NCBI GenBank assembly: GCA_030141605.1
Contig: JAQGDQ010000063.1
Coordinates: forward strand, 1-64,000
Source of the DNA: Tubiluchus corallicola
Taxonomy: Eukaryota > Animalia > Priapulida
Reading direction: 5' to 3'
Length of the DNA: 64,000 bases
Shown: positions 27,901 through 42,900 of the stretch, piece after piece
How the letters are laid out: the number at the start of each line of letters is the position of its first letter
Position numbering within the stretch: position 1 is the stretch's first letter
Position numbers and translations under genes: made by a program
Notes under the pieces: model-generated
What the model was told of the DNA's origin: nothing
Databases searched by the model: none
Seen by the model: the letters and a program-made list of their open reading frames with translations, nothing else

Positions 27901-30900
27901 CTAATGACAAGCAGCTGGTCTTGTGAGCAGAAAATGTGTCATATTGTCAATTTTGAAAAAAATGCATTATACATCCTGCTGCCGTAAATTTTAAAAATAA
28001 GTTTTCCATTTTTTGTCCGTTGCGAGTTGAGATGCAGATAACAACAAAAGTAATTTTACAAGTCTGCCTTTAAACTAAAACAATAACAAAATGTGTTCTT
28101 TTGTCAAATTCCATGTATTTTTTATACTTTCAGCAAAAGAAAAAACCGCAGATGAAGTTGTTATGCGAGAGAAGAAAAAAGAGGTGAGTGTTTTTCTTTT
28201 GAGGATTTTGTTTTCTCTTCTTTTCTTTTCTTGTCTTTTGTCTTTTTGTCTCTAGCATGAAAAATTGAGATTTTCACTCTTCAGTGTTTCCTATTTGTGC
28301 TGCCCTCTGTGATGCACTTTACACATTTCCTTAGAGGGCATGTCATGGATAATAATATACTATGTATCCCATTACATAATAATATTCTTATCTGTGGGTC
28401 ATACACGTGCACAATGCACATGCGGTATTACTGAGCGGCCATATTATGCAATATCATTGTCAATGCTATTGTGCAGTATATTGTCAATCAAGTTGCATGT
28501 AGCCTTATATTATTCTACTGCTTTTGTAATCATCCACTTTTCTTTGCACACCCAGTACTGTTCAATATAATTATTTTATTCGTTAAACTTGTTCCCTTGC
28601 AATTACCATATGATAAAATGCATCATTTCATACTAAGTTACAAGCCTCGTATCCTGTCTTTTAACCCTAATGGTTCATTCCAGGGTGTTTTTATTTCACC
28701 TATTTGTTGTCAGTTTTTTCACGCTGCTGTTCATTACAATTAACTGATCTGATATTCCCTCGTGAAATTTGCTAACAAAAATAATCACGTTTTATGAAGT
28801 TTTCAGTTGGATGTGAGATTGATAATCAAGTAAGAATTATTGTACTACTGGGTTATCAATATCATGCTTAATCAAACGAACTGTTTTCACTATAGGATGA
28901 CGAGATAGACAGAGAAACAGACAATTACTCTAAAGATTACGTAAGTATATTGAAAGATGTGAAGAACTCTAGGATATCCTAAAGTTCTTACATCAGTGCA
29001 AACTAACACCTAAATTTCTAGTTTTAAATTATGTTAAGATACCAACTTTACTAAAATGTACACTCTTTCACCTTTATTTTAGTATAGTCACTTAGTTATA
29101 AATCATTTTTGTGTAAGAAAGCAATTCATTAATTATTATTTTCTTCTACGATCATGCCTACAATCTGTAGCTGCGATGTGTCGCCACCTGGTAACAAAAC
29201 TCTAAGTATACTAAGCATGAATTTGTTTCAGGATGAGCCCGATGAATTTGGGGATGCAGAAGACGAGGATGCAAGAGCAGGTGATTATTTATTTAGTCAC
29301 AGCTGCAAATATAATTTTTTGTCATGTAACTTGATACGTACTAGATCATTGTGACATTACATATAAAGTACATAGTAATGAGCTGATGGAGCTCATATTG
29401 CCTCAAATGGCTACTTTACAAGCAAAACAGCATTGATAACAAAAGCGCGTTCCTCAAGTAGGAGTAGACTATACAGCATACACTATTATTAATGAGATAA
29501 TGCGGTAAATGGGCAGCAGGTTGCGCCACAGTGTTTAAGTGAAATCATGCAGTATGCGCGTCAATAAACATGCGGCTACGTCAGTCTTATCATAAATTGA
29601 CAATGGTGTAATGTACCACTACAGTTACATATACATTTACAAAATACTATCTAATGCAGTAGCTTTTCCAATGTTATACAGAAAGCTATTTTAAAATGTG
29701 TTAAAAATAATTAAGAGTTGACGTTTTTAAAGTCCGTTTTAATTTCATGTCATCTTATTTCAAGTTAACATTTAGGCCTACGAACAATTACATTGGTCAA
29801 AGGCTTTTATAAATGAAAATACAAGTAAATATTAATTTTTTAAAGTATACACGCTGCAAGATGCGTACAATTAATATGCAAGAAAGCCTTTAGCTACAAA
29901 AATTGACTGCCTATTTTGATTTTAATAAGTGCTGGTTAGAGGTATCACTCACCAACTGCAAGTTTTCTACTTTTTTTGATCATGTGCCTCTCGGTCACAA
30001 ATCTGGTTAGTAGCAATCTGTTCTGCTGGTTCTTCTATAAGTTTTTTATTTGTTGTCTAAACATTATTTATTTTTTATCATCATTTTATTATTTATTAGG
30101 CACAAAAATATATACATTTTAAACATGAGTGAAAGTAAACAGTAAAATTATGTGGCCATGATCAATACGAAGATTGTGCCTGGGATATTTCTAGGCATGA
30201 AGATTCTTTCATTCATTGGTTTCTGAATCTACTGATATGCAAAGCCACGTGTTTCATGAAAACATATGCAATAACAGAATATTAGACCTACTCTCCTAAT
30301 ATATACAGCCACAGAAATATCGAGGCTAGTGGTTGGAGGAACTAAATTTATTGCTTTAGGCCTACAACTGAACTTTTGAAATGTGTAACAATTTACTTGC
30401 AGAATTAATGGAGTGAAGGATTAATAGATTGAACGACCTGTAAACTTAATAGACATAGCCAGATTCCTCAGCGTCTAGGGGCTGGAAATGTGTGCGCGTA
30501 CGTGCATGAGTGCATGTCTATGTGTATGTATCACACTAAATGGGCGACATTGAGTGTAGCGGAAATCATGCTTTCTTGGTGGAGGACTCTAACTTTTAAG
30601 CCTTCAAAGAGTTCTACCAGGAGCTGTTAGGACGTTTTTTCTACTGGCTGTTTGATCGAAATTTCGAAAAAATAGGGAGTTGGATCCGGGAAAACGCCAG
30701 TTGCGGGACGTTGTGGCCCTCCCGCAAATTCTAAATATGACTGTAACACCCACCATTGAACAGGTTATTATTCAACCATTGCCAGCCCGGCCCATTCCTG
30801 ATATCTAGAAATAAGAGGTATAAATTTTGCAAAAACGACCGAAAAATTGCCAGTTTTTCGCTTCTTCTTCGTCCCGGTGTGCCCCATTCGAAAAAATAAA

Positions 30901-33900
30901 ACCCCAATGGCAAGACACTAGATCGAGACATTTCGTTTGAGTCGTCGGAGCTGTAGCCTCGAATCTTATACACCAAAATTAGTATATGCGATTATTGGAT
31001 TCGCGTTATTGGACTGTAGTTGTGCCTATATGTCATTTCCCCGAACTCTCATGATGACGTTTTATAATCGGTTTTAGTCTTTGTTGCGGTAACTGCAGTT
31101 GGGCGTGTGTCAAATGTTCGTCCAACAGTTTTGGATGTCCTGACTCTATGACTGTTGGCCGTAACAATTCGTAACATTGTGCACAAAAGTCTTTCCGTGG
31201 GTCGTTGCATTTGCCCATTTAATAATTTGCTCTGTTGAAAGCAGCAAGGAGGAATTTTATCGAAATTTAATTGAACCATTAATTATAATTCATTTAACTG
31301 TTGAACCTTTCAGAAAGTGAAAGCGCACATTGTTCAATATATTTTCTGCAAAAATGTGAAGATTTGTAAAGTTTTTGGTTCACTGACATTATAACAGCGG
31401 AACGCTGTTGTTGTTGTTGTCATTAACAAGATGTCATAGATGAGCAATCTAACGCTTTTTTGGTTTGAAAACAATACACATGCATGTAAATCTTACAAAT
31501 ATGGAGCAACCAGAATTCGAATAGCACACACAGCGTTCTTTTACGTAAGCTTAGATGATATGCGGTTCTCCAGATGTAGAACGAGTTGAATTACCCCTTG
31601 TTATCTGATAACCAGCCCCTCCCAATTAGTCTACCTGAGCAGGTAAATCTTACCTGTGTTGTGTGTGATTACATTCTGGTAGTTTTATGAAGAAGGTGGT
31701 ACTTCACGCAGTGGCTCGGTCATGGTAGAATTTGCTGGATGCGAGAATGCTGTGCTGTTACTGGGAAAATGCCTTCTCTGTGGGGTTTTCCTTGCTTTTG
31801 GTTACAGTAAGTAATTTCTCGGTTTTACTATGATGGCACCTCTTTTTAACAGATTTTTGATTTCCAGCAGATTAAAAGTGACTGTAAGTTACCATCCAAA
31901 TGATGAAGTCATCTTTAAATACTAGCTCTTGCAGAATTTATAGTGCTTCTTGTCAGTAGATGTCGGCACGTGTTTTATACCAGTAAGAATAGGTAACGTG
32001 GAAAAGTCAATTAATACCTTGTATTCTCTAAGGTGAAGCTACAACTACTTAATGTCTTAATTTCATTGTAGTCTAAATCTGAACGCGGAAAAAGTCTGTT
32101 ACTATTTGTCTATGCATGTTGTTGTAAATCCATCTTCATCATCTCGTCGTCATCAGCATCATCGTCACTGTTACTTTCATCATGATCACAACTGTATTCG
32201 TCATAAAGGTTATCGTCATAATCAGTACCACCATCCAGTTTTCAAAATCACTTGCTGCACTGCATATATATATATATAAGCAGTACCATCGAATTACTGA
32301 CCGCACTGCCTGTTACTATTCTGATCAACTGTAGCTGAAACAACACCAGCAAACAACGTTCGATCCCAACGTGTGCGAGAAAGCATATCTTCTGGATACA
32401 TGTCAAGTTCCGCACTTTCGGCTAGTGCTGACACGTCTATCTGGCTTTCTACGAGTAGCAGTACCCACGTGTTATATTTGATTAATTCGATTTGGTGTTT
32501 AAAGTTAACAACTGGTTTATGGAGTCATTTAGTGAGTGACCGCTAGGAAAACATTTATGTCTGTTATTGTAAAAGAATGAAAAAGGTTCCATCTTCCCTG
32601 CCCCAATAGGCAGGGACCGATAAACAAAGAATTAAAACTAAGAGTGACATTTTTAGTAAATCTTAAATTAGTATGCCGCTTTAGTTAACTGTGTGGTAAT
32701 AATTTCATTTCTGTAATTCTTCGTTCGCATGGCTTCCTTCCATAACTTTGACTTGGCATTGAAGCCAGAAAAGGTGGGTGATTTATGGTTGACTGATTCA
32801 GACGTTCTGATTGATTAACGTCTGCCATGATTATTACGCATCTACATCCTTCCCTCCTTAATTACTTAAGTAATAAATGCCGCGCGTGTAAACACAGCAC
32901 CTTATTCATCTCTTGTTTCGTCACGTATAAACACAGCCCCTTATTGGTGAGCAAATAATTCGGATAGCATGGTATTTGTTTCAGCTCGATTATCGGCCAT
33001 TTTCAATAAGTTTGAACGTCCGGATTCAAATCAAGATGTTGGAAAGAAAGTGACTCGCCCTCTGCCCTCCGTGGAGATTGGAAAACTCAAGGAAAAGTTC
33101 GCAAAGGTTTGTTTGATTTAAGTTACTTCTTGCAGCAGCATGGTCTCTTGTACATTTTTATGTAGGTATTGTACTCGTATATATGTTTCTCTGTAGGTAT
33201 TGTGCCTTCTCATATTTTAAGAAAAGGTGTATTAAAAATAGGTTACTACTGAATACCACACTAAAATTTTGTTATAGACAAATACTTATTACAGACATCT
33301 ACTTGAAACTCATTACAGAAGAGAACACACTTCAACACACGTTATTATATCATGGTTTTCCATCCTTACAACGCCGCCATTCATGTCATGTTAAGTACCT
33401 ATTGCAGGGTTAGGCTAAAACTGTGCAGCCTGAACCATTTTGAAAAGCGGCAGTGTGTAAAACTAAACGAGAAAAATTACACAAACAATAAGTGTTTTTC
33501 CAGAACAAAAATTTGCGTAGTTTTCTTGCTGTAATTACTGTAATTTCCGCCAAGTGCCAATTATTTGGGATCAAAATTTGTCTCAAACCAGTTTGCAACC
33601 AGCAGAATAATTTTTAAAAGTTACACAAACAATAGATCCTGAGTTAACACGTGCACTTCTTGCAGCACTTCAAAGTTGTACAGGTTGAACCCACAAGTAT
33701 TATTTACTTATTTCGGTATTAATTGGAAAAAATGTAAAGTCTGCATTCGAACCAGATACTTCTAGTTTCAAAGTCTAAACCTCTTTGTCCCCTTTGATAA
33801 TGAAGATGTTAATTCAGTCTCAATAGTTATAATAATAATAATAATAATAATAATAATTTCGTTTAGGAGTTATCCAAGGATAACACCTTAAGTACCTCAA

Positions 33901-36900
33901 TACTTATTTCCAAGGTGATTATTATTAGCGGTACCATTTTTCAAGTCTTTGGTATGATTCGGTCGGGAGTTGCTCCCGGATGGTTGCCACCGGGTTACTG
34001 TAGCTCTTATTATATTAGGTGGGACAAAATGTGTGCCGAAGCTTTGATCACGTTATTTTAAGAAGAAAATAACGTAGCCAGTTGAAAATTGCCGCACTGA
34101 TGTTACAGATTCTTACGTATAAAGAACAAGTTTTCCACTGCCTTTGGTTCTTCTGCATCAAACGGCTCTGTGCGGCCATTGTACACTTTCTCTGTAAGGG
34201 AGTTCCATATACCGTAATCCAGGGGATTAACTCCCATTTTTCTTGGTTACAAATCTTTATCAGTGTTTTACTTTCTCTGGTGATGACCATGAAACTGGTT
34301 GATTCCTTTACTGTTTTGCTCCGTGTATTGAGTACTTCATCCTGTTTTGTAGTTTATTGACAATTCCTATTTTGCTGTATTATTTTTTCCTTTTTAATTG
34401 ATTTTGTTACCTGCATCATCACCGTTTATTTTCCATTTTGTCAAACATATCTACACGAACGGACAGGAAACTAGATGACCTTTCGGTCCCTTCTCTGCCT
34501 TGCTCCATGATTGCAATTATCTAACATTTAACTAACACTTACTGTAAATGATGTTGAAAAAATAAATGTTCTATGCTATGTTCATACTTTGCTGAACGTG
34601 CCCGTTTTTCTTCTGACGATTAACTGACATTGTTCCCGCATTTAATTTTTAAACAAACGCTTTTCGGTCATAACTTAAAAACCTCTAAAACTGTATATTA
34701 TTTATAACTTTCACAGCCAAAAGTTAATGCATTAATATATCAGGCTGTGACATTTCAACTTTGTAGGTTACTTGCTTCTAATAATATTGTAGTCTACACA
34801 TCGGCAAATTTTCTCTCCGCCGCCCGATTTAATGTGTTCTGCCACTCAAAACATTTTTGTGTTGCGATGGGGTAAAAAGGACTATCATGATAGTGACAGT
34901 AGTTGTTAGATACCGATACAGCTATACATATACACGTTAAGTGAGCTTAGCTGTGAGTACTCTGCCGCTGACTTGCAAATTACTGTATTGTGTAAAAATT
35001 ATCTTCTAGTTAAATCTAAATTTCATTAAAAAAGTAGTGAAATACATACATTTTACATTAAGTGTATATGTTACTGTACTGATTTTGTGAAACTAAGATT
35101 CATATCTCAACGTTAAACCATCAAAGTTAATCGTGATATTATATTTCATTAGCAATGTTGTGCATTTTAAGCAAATTTTTACAATTTTTGGCATTTTTAA
35201 TGTTTTGTGCAAGAGATTTTAAGAACTTCTCTTTGTTTTCGTTTCTTGTTTTCTGAACAACAGTGAAAAACCCTAGCCGTTGAAAAGTATTAAACTCTTT
35301 TCAGCAGTTATAAAACTACTGAGCCTTCGCGGAGCGGCCATTAATATTCTTCACAATTGTTTACTAAATTATTCAAAAAGTAATCAGTAAGATGCGACGC
35401 AATTCTCTAGTTTGTGATGTTCATTTATTAGAAAACCCACACCTTTGCTACCAGCCATAGAAGCTTGTGATAGAAGGCCTCTATCATACATGTATGTATA
35501 TGTGACTACATTGTAAAGACAAATGGTGTGCTTTATAGACGATCAAACTTTTGCTTTTATACTGTTGAGTTATTTCGCTACTTCAACATTAGTGATGCTT
35601 ATAATGTTAATCTTGCAGGTAAAATCTAAACCAGGTTGTTTATATATGTGTATAAATGTATGAATAACTTATGTAAAAAAGTAATACACCTTGTATTGGA
35701 AGGCGGAGTCTTCTGCTTTTAGACCAAATACCATAACCAATATGGTGTTCCCCAGCAATCATGAGAGTCCAAAAATTAGTCTGAAAATTAAATTAATTGT
35801 GTGTTTGTACCATTAACAGTAATATATTGTACTGATAGGTTATCCGTGAAACGCATATTGCCTATAACTGTATTTTGGTCCATTAGTGGTGATTTTTTCC
35901 AGTATTTATGTTTTTATCAAAAATAATAAACACACTGATCGCTAGTGTTAAGTGTGAGGATATTTTTCTTTTTTACCAGGGAGATGAAGAAGAAGAGAAA
36001 CAGGACAAATCGGTCTATATCAGAGCGGAGCTTGCAAGTTCAGGTAAGTCTTACCTACAGACGTCTATAAATTCCTTGTTTGTGTCTCTTTGTACAATGT
36101 ACAATGTATCTATCGGCAGTGAAGTAAAGGTTGTGTTGTGTTCGGTCAGTTAAGCTATTCTCTCAGTGTTTGGTAAACACTATAACCTTGTTTTTACCAC
36201 GTTCAGGACCTGTCGTGGCTTTTTTCAATCTGGATCTAGTGTAAAGGTTGTCACAACCGAAAAGCCAGGAAACATCCTGGCATTTCCATGAAGTACGTGA
36301 AGATCTCAAAATATCCTTTTATGCCAGGACACATCTTTTACCCAGTCTTATTTCGAGGTGCAACTGACAACAGCAGCAAAAGTGCATTTGGTGGCTAGAA
36401 ATTACCCTTGCATGATAGATATGGGTCCACGTGGCTCCTGGAATCACATATTCCTTTATGACGTATTACGTTTAACTTTTTTCTATTAACAAGCCTCAAA
36501 AGCTGTTGCCTTTAATTGTACGTGGTGTGATAACAAAGACAATCCTTAATCTGACCTTGACTTGATTCCAGAAGATCGAGGTCAGGTCTTGACCAATGAT
36601 GGCTATCTTGCTGTGAAGGTTTGCAAAGGGGCAGCAGGTTAGTAGTAAGTCTGAAAACTTTGAGTTCCATTGCATGGTCTCTGGGTGTTCAAAATGGCTA
36701 AATTTCTTCAGTAATTTGTGAATTAGTGCAGGAAGGCACGTGCACAGATGGGTGATGGTTGGATCACGTCTGTGATCACACAGCCTTTTGCATTAACGTT
36801 TAGCTATTTAGAAAGACACATGTGAGATAATTTCTTTGCTGTGAATTGCTTTTTTATCCTTTAAAAATGAAATTTTATTAGTTACTTCATTTCCAATAGG

Positions 36901-39900
36901 TCTTAGATTCTTTAACTGGCCCCTGTATCTGGATTCGGTAAAATCTCTGTACCTTTGTCTTACCTTTTATTGTAATATGCCACATAAAAACCAGAAATAT
37001 GTAGTTGACGCCAGGTCATTCTGGCCAATTTACAAACAGAAACAAAATTTTGTAGGCACAGTGAAGTGTCTTTAATTGATCTCAGAAAAATGATACCAAA
37101 TGTCGTTCTTGTGATTCACATAATCTTTGCATTGAATAAATAAGTATCAGAAGAATGTCGATACATCAAAATACAAAGACAGAAAAAAAACCGTGGCTTC
37201 ATCACACAGGATGGAATAAGTCGGTGATCTTTCTTGTTTGAATAATAACTAATTTTGGAACAAATAAGCTGCGAAGTGTAACAAAGTTTATAGGGTTGCT
37301 TTTGTACTGTCGTGTCATAAAGCTATAAAACCACTAACTGCTAAATCAGGGTAATTTCGTTTTTACGGCTGCAGACTATAATAATCGTTGCCATGAACAG
37401 CTTGCGAGGGTATTGCCTTGAAAGAGTACTATAATCAAAACAAAAAATAGTAACTTGTGTAATCTTGTAACAAAAGTAATTTTTGATTTTTAGTACTGTT
37501 AGATTTCAGTCTTTTTTATACAATGTCTTGGAGTGACGTCTTATTTTAACTCTGGTTAATTCGATAAACCCACATGATTGACTTGGTGCAGAAGTTGATT
37601 TCATGACATGAGTTGGGTATGACTCAATTTTCTAGATTCGGGCAGTTTTCACTTTCCTCACTCTGGGCATCAAATGGGTGTAGCTTCCTTTACCAGGATT
37701 TTTTTCACAGAAACACCACTTCTCAGAAACAATAACTTCCCGGAAAACAGTTTGCCAGAAATCTTTTTACCAGAAAAATTATTTCACAGAAAACATTTCC
37801 TAGAAAGATTTTTTAACAGAAAAATCACGGTTAAGTTTTTGGTTGCTATTTTGGTAGGACAATGTTTTCAATTTCTCTTTTTCTGTTTGCTTATCGGTAT
37901 TTACCTTCCTCTCTTGCTTCCCCCTCTTCTCCTCTCGACTCGCTACCTAATCGTTTTCACGCTGCAGTTATTCTTGCCTTAACGAGTTGACCAAATTTTT
38001 TATTATACGATCCCTATTAATAAATACATAGAGTTAAAAAACAACTTTTTACTGTGTATTATGTAATTGCGCTTTAAAAAGATTTATAACATTTTCTGTA
38101 AATTTTATTTTCTGTGAAATGGCAGTTCTGAGAAAAAAAATTTCTGGGAAATGGCCATTCTGGGAAAAATCTTTCTGAGAAATTTTTTCTGGAAAGTAAG
38201 TTTTTCTGTCAAAAGAAAGTTTTCTGCGAAATTGCTTGTTTGGCAAAAAACTTTTCTAGGAAAAAGGTTCTAGAAAACGAGTCTATCCCATCAAATGGCG
38301 TAACTTTGGTATAGCATTACTCAAGTTATGCATTAAATTACTCAGTTTGAAGATAAAGTTCATTAGTTTGATCTCGACCGTTACTCATTATATTTAGTCT
38401 GAGTTGTCGCTATAAGCTGAAAAAATCAAATAAAGGGAAAATAACTTGTGTTAGGGTGGACAATGTGAAAAGAGGTACCTACAGACGCAAATATTACCAC
38501 AAAGCAGAATAAATGTGAATACATGGTTTGTACCTCCGTGCGTTAATTGAGTTAGTAAACACCAACACCGTACTAGCAATTCATCCACCCCCTCGCCTTT
38601 ATTGTGAAAGGAAGCTGCTGTGATAGGTCGCTCACACGAGCAGCCTCTTGTTTAAACCACCTGTTTCTGCTGTCACGCGCTACCTAAAGGGGGTTGTCAT
38701 GTTATAAAAAAAACTCTAAATTCGGCAAGAAATAACGATGGTAGATGAATTTTAAATCCGCAAAATATAGTCTTTTTCACGTTGGTAATTTACATTTATT
38801 TAAGTTGGTTAATAATGTATGAGTTGTATTGCACCCTGTGGTTGACATGATAGTGGATACGCCCTGGGCATTCTCTGTGCAGCTGCTTTATAAGCAAGGT
38901 ATCCATAATGCTTACGTTGATACTTTCGGCAGCGTTGTAGTTTACTAGCTATTGTGTATGTTCTGCGTAGAATCGTTGTGTGACAAATACTTTAAAAATA
39001 CGCTTGTGTTGTTTTACCTAAGGTCTTTCGTTAAAAGTTAAAATTGCTGTGTGTCATTCTAACATTTAATAAGTATTAGCGTTTTTAAATTTCAGATGTA
39101 TAAATGCAAAGTTATTCTATCTTTGTCTACATTTTCATACTATGGTCATTCCAAGTTCACGCCAGCTAGAAATAGAATGTAGTTACAATATGTATGTAAA
39201 ACTGTCTACACTTTTTATGCGAGGATAGGAATAGGCCTATAGTATAAAATGCATACCGTTACATGGCTGCTCAGTAATGATATTGTGAGAAGTTTATAGA
39301 GTTCACATTAGAGTTCATTCGTCTGCTTGTTTTTCTACCAGCTATTATCAACGTATTTTCATACCATATCAGTGCGTGACGAAATAACTTTAGATTGTGA
39401 ATGCCAAAAATTATTGTGAGCAGCCTACCGCAAATGCCGGAAAATTATTCAGTTGAATGCAAGTATCATTAATTTTTATGGAAAATTTGCTTGGTGTAAA
39501 CAACTGAGAGAACGTGGAGCGTTGCAACCCGAATTACATGACAGTACTTGGGAGGTACAGTACAGAGCTGTTACCATCATAATCATGACAGCTGTTCCGT
39601 CGTACAGACTGTGAAGCATTATCATATCATGAACTTATAGATTTGATTTCACAACTCATTTTACCTGTGTCATCAAATCATAAAAGGTATGCTGAACTGG
39701 ATAACTTATCCAGGTATGAAGTTACCTGTCTATAATGATCAGGTGGAAACCTGTCGCTGATGAGTGTTATAACTACAGGGACAGTGCAGTGATTATTTGC
39801 TTGTGTTTTGTTTTCCTCATTGTGAAAATGTTGTTAGAATAATTTTGTAAACCTGCGGGAGTTCAGAGAGATAAAAGTGTTTCCATGACCTTCAAACGCT

Positions 39901-42900
39901 TGAGATTTTTTGATTATTGATTAATGATTTACGCTCTTAGTGTATTACCTAACCAAGAAAACTTTGACCGGTTTTTGTAGCTCTGCTATTAAGCATTCGT
40001 TGTATGAAACGGAGTAGTCACTAGTGTTTCTATTCTTACTAAAGAAACTGTTTTTTCCGGAACGTGCGTGTCCATAAGCCAGACGCTGGAGTCTTGATTG
40101 TGGATATCTTGCTGGAATCTGGACAGTGGACATTTTGCCCCCAATTTCAACTCGAAACAATTCTATATTATCACGTGTTAAACGCGGTCACTAAATTGCC
40201 TGTACTAAAAGGCGGTCACTAAGTGTACTGATTGCCTACCCAAATATTAGCAAATTGATTACCTGTGATACTGTACTCCTGAGAGAAAATCAATTCAGTA
40301 GCACCTTGGGTAATGTAATTCAACGTAAAGCAAAATAATGAAATAATGTTACCTGAATCTCAAATTATCATTTTTGATTATACATTTCAATAATCGCGGA
40401 TTCAGTCTCCCATTAACCTATCCTGTAATATCAAAATTAGGATTGTAACTATTTACCCGAGATTTACGTTAGCGTCCAGAATATGATTACTCTTTCTCAA
40501 GTGCAGAATCTTTCTCGAATATTATTATCACTTCTCCCCAGGATGTTAATGTACTAACATTTGGAAACACGTGGATTAATGGGAAGCTGTGATTAAATTA
40601 AGGTTGCTCGTGAACATTTTTTCATCCAAGTTTGTTTTGAAAAGATTTCATAATGTACATTTTTTCAATCCTACATGCTGTTGTTGTTGTAGCTTTACTA
40701 TATATGTATATTTATTAGGAAACTTCAGCGTAGGTCTTCTCTATGCCGTAGTTTCTTGGAAGTTTTGACATTCCTTTTCTTATATGATCTTGGTGTTCTC
40801 ATGTCGCTAATCAAGTTGTGGTAATGAGTGTAGGTATCCCAGTCTTATCCAGATATTTACAAGATTTACAGGCATTGAACTATTGATCCAGGAAAGAATC
40901 ACACATGATTTAAAAACATCTGCTAGGAGTTTTGTTTCGCGGAGGATATATCATTTTCCCTAGGTCTGCTGTGCAAATGTTAACCCACCTCAACAGATGG
41001 TTCATTTTAAGAGTTGTGTTTTTTATTTCTCTTGTTAAATCACAGCGTCTCGAATGTTCGTCTCACAATATTCCTTTTTTTTCGTTTCTTTATGTCATGT
41101 GTTTTAGCCTAACGCGATGTAGGCCTGTTCAATTTTTTTTCTATATATGCGCAAATCTTTGTGGATCCAATCTTCTTGGCAGTAAATATATTACCTCAAA
41201 CTGTTTTTACTGTTTTGTCGTTCATGGTGATGAGTGAAAGTTTTCAGATACTGAGAATTATTGTGAGGTAATTCAGTATAACACATCAAGAAGCTGAGAC
41301 AAAACTAATATGTGTAAAATTAAGCTGAAATCCTTAGCCATTTTGTAGAACTTCCCGCTTTATTTGGATTTGTACGCAATGTGAAGTACTGTAAATGTCT
41401 TTGAATCTCTGAACTCGTACCTCAGTATGCTAGCACGCAGTTTGAAGCCCGCCCATTTTGTTATTTTTCCAACATGTATAATGATTTGTGCTAATGGCAT
41501 TCATGAGATCTGGGTTCATGTTGTTTAGGGAAATCCGGAAGATTATGTGGCAGAAATTTGTTGAAGCCCGGTAGAAAAATAGCTGATCACTCATACAGGG
41601 TCGCTGAGTCATCACCTCCCCTGCAGCATCCCTGTATGCGCAGTGAACTTGCTGGCTTCGTATATGAAGCGTGCGTTCAAAGTCTGCACAGTTACTACTT
41701 TAATGCTAGAGAGACTGGCTTCTTTGTAAACGTGATTTTCAGTTTGTGAAAGTGAAGCGGTTAGAAATATTTAGGTTTCATAAAGTGTTGATGAAGTCTG
41801 ATTTGGTTTGTTCTGTTCATTCTTTACTTACAGAATGTAGCTGTATCGAGTTATGTACAATAGCTTCATTGTAAAGTTTTGTTTTGTGATTTTTTGGCTT
41901 TTGTTGTTTTTAATGATCTTGACGGTCCTTTTAGGAGCATGCGGTGCGCACAAGAATAACACTCTCAGTCTGAAGCATCCAATTTTCATGTGCTTCGTTA
42001 TTAGAAAAAACAGAACACTACAAAATTTGCACAAAAGCACAATTTATTGGCACTTAGTCACGAACAGCTAGATAAAGAGTGCTACCATATGCTAAATTAT
42101 GGCTTACGCCCTAATCAGTAAAATATTGTTATAAAGTAAAATCGTAATGTGGTTAAGGTTAGAAATAATGGTAATTTGTAAAGATTTCAATGATTTAGTC
42201 TAGTCAGTTTCTTTTCTCGTAGTCCGCTTTGTATCGGTTTTCTTGAATGAAAGAAAGAAAGACGGTAGCCTATTTACGGAGAATCTGGGCGTTTTCTCTG
42301 GTCGTATGTTGATAACCGGAGGTTAGGAATACGCCTCTTCCGCTAGCTAATGATCGTGTTTATCTTACAGAATTGACCTGTACAGTTTGTGGATGTAGGA
42401 GGATGTTAGGTTGTTGATATCCATCAATCTGTCACCAATAATTTATTGACTGAATTTTATACTCGAGATCCCACAGTGTCTCCTGCACGGAAAACAATAA
42501 ACACTTTGTAGATTGGAGCGCCAGGCTCATATAAACGATTTACAGTTGAACTGTTCATCGTGATTAGTGTAGCATATGCCATCGACTTGAATGGTTCTGT
42601 TCGCATTTAACGCTTGCTAAGTACCGATAGCTGGATCTGTTTCACCTTGGACGTATACGTGTGTTACTATGGAAACCGCAAATGAACATGGTGTGCTTCC
42701 ACCTTTACCTCTTAGTAGTAACAAGTGTGCTAGAAATAACTTAGCTAGTCCAGTCACAAATGGACACAATGGCATTGTAAATGGGCAGAGGTCATACCAA
42801 AACCGAAAGCACTCTAATAAAAGACTGGTAACACCGCCAGCATCACCCACTGTGACACGCCGTGTAGATATGACATGGTATAAGACTATACATCGTCGAA

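Noticed and set aside
37674-38246. ORFs with FPE/FSQK periodicity
   Set aside because: Translations of the 15-bp foldback arm repeats.
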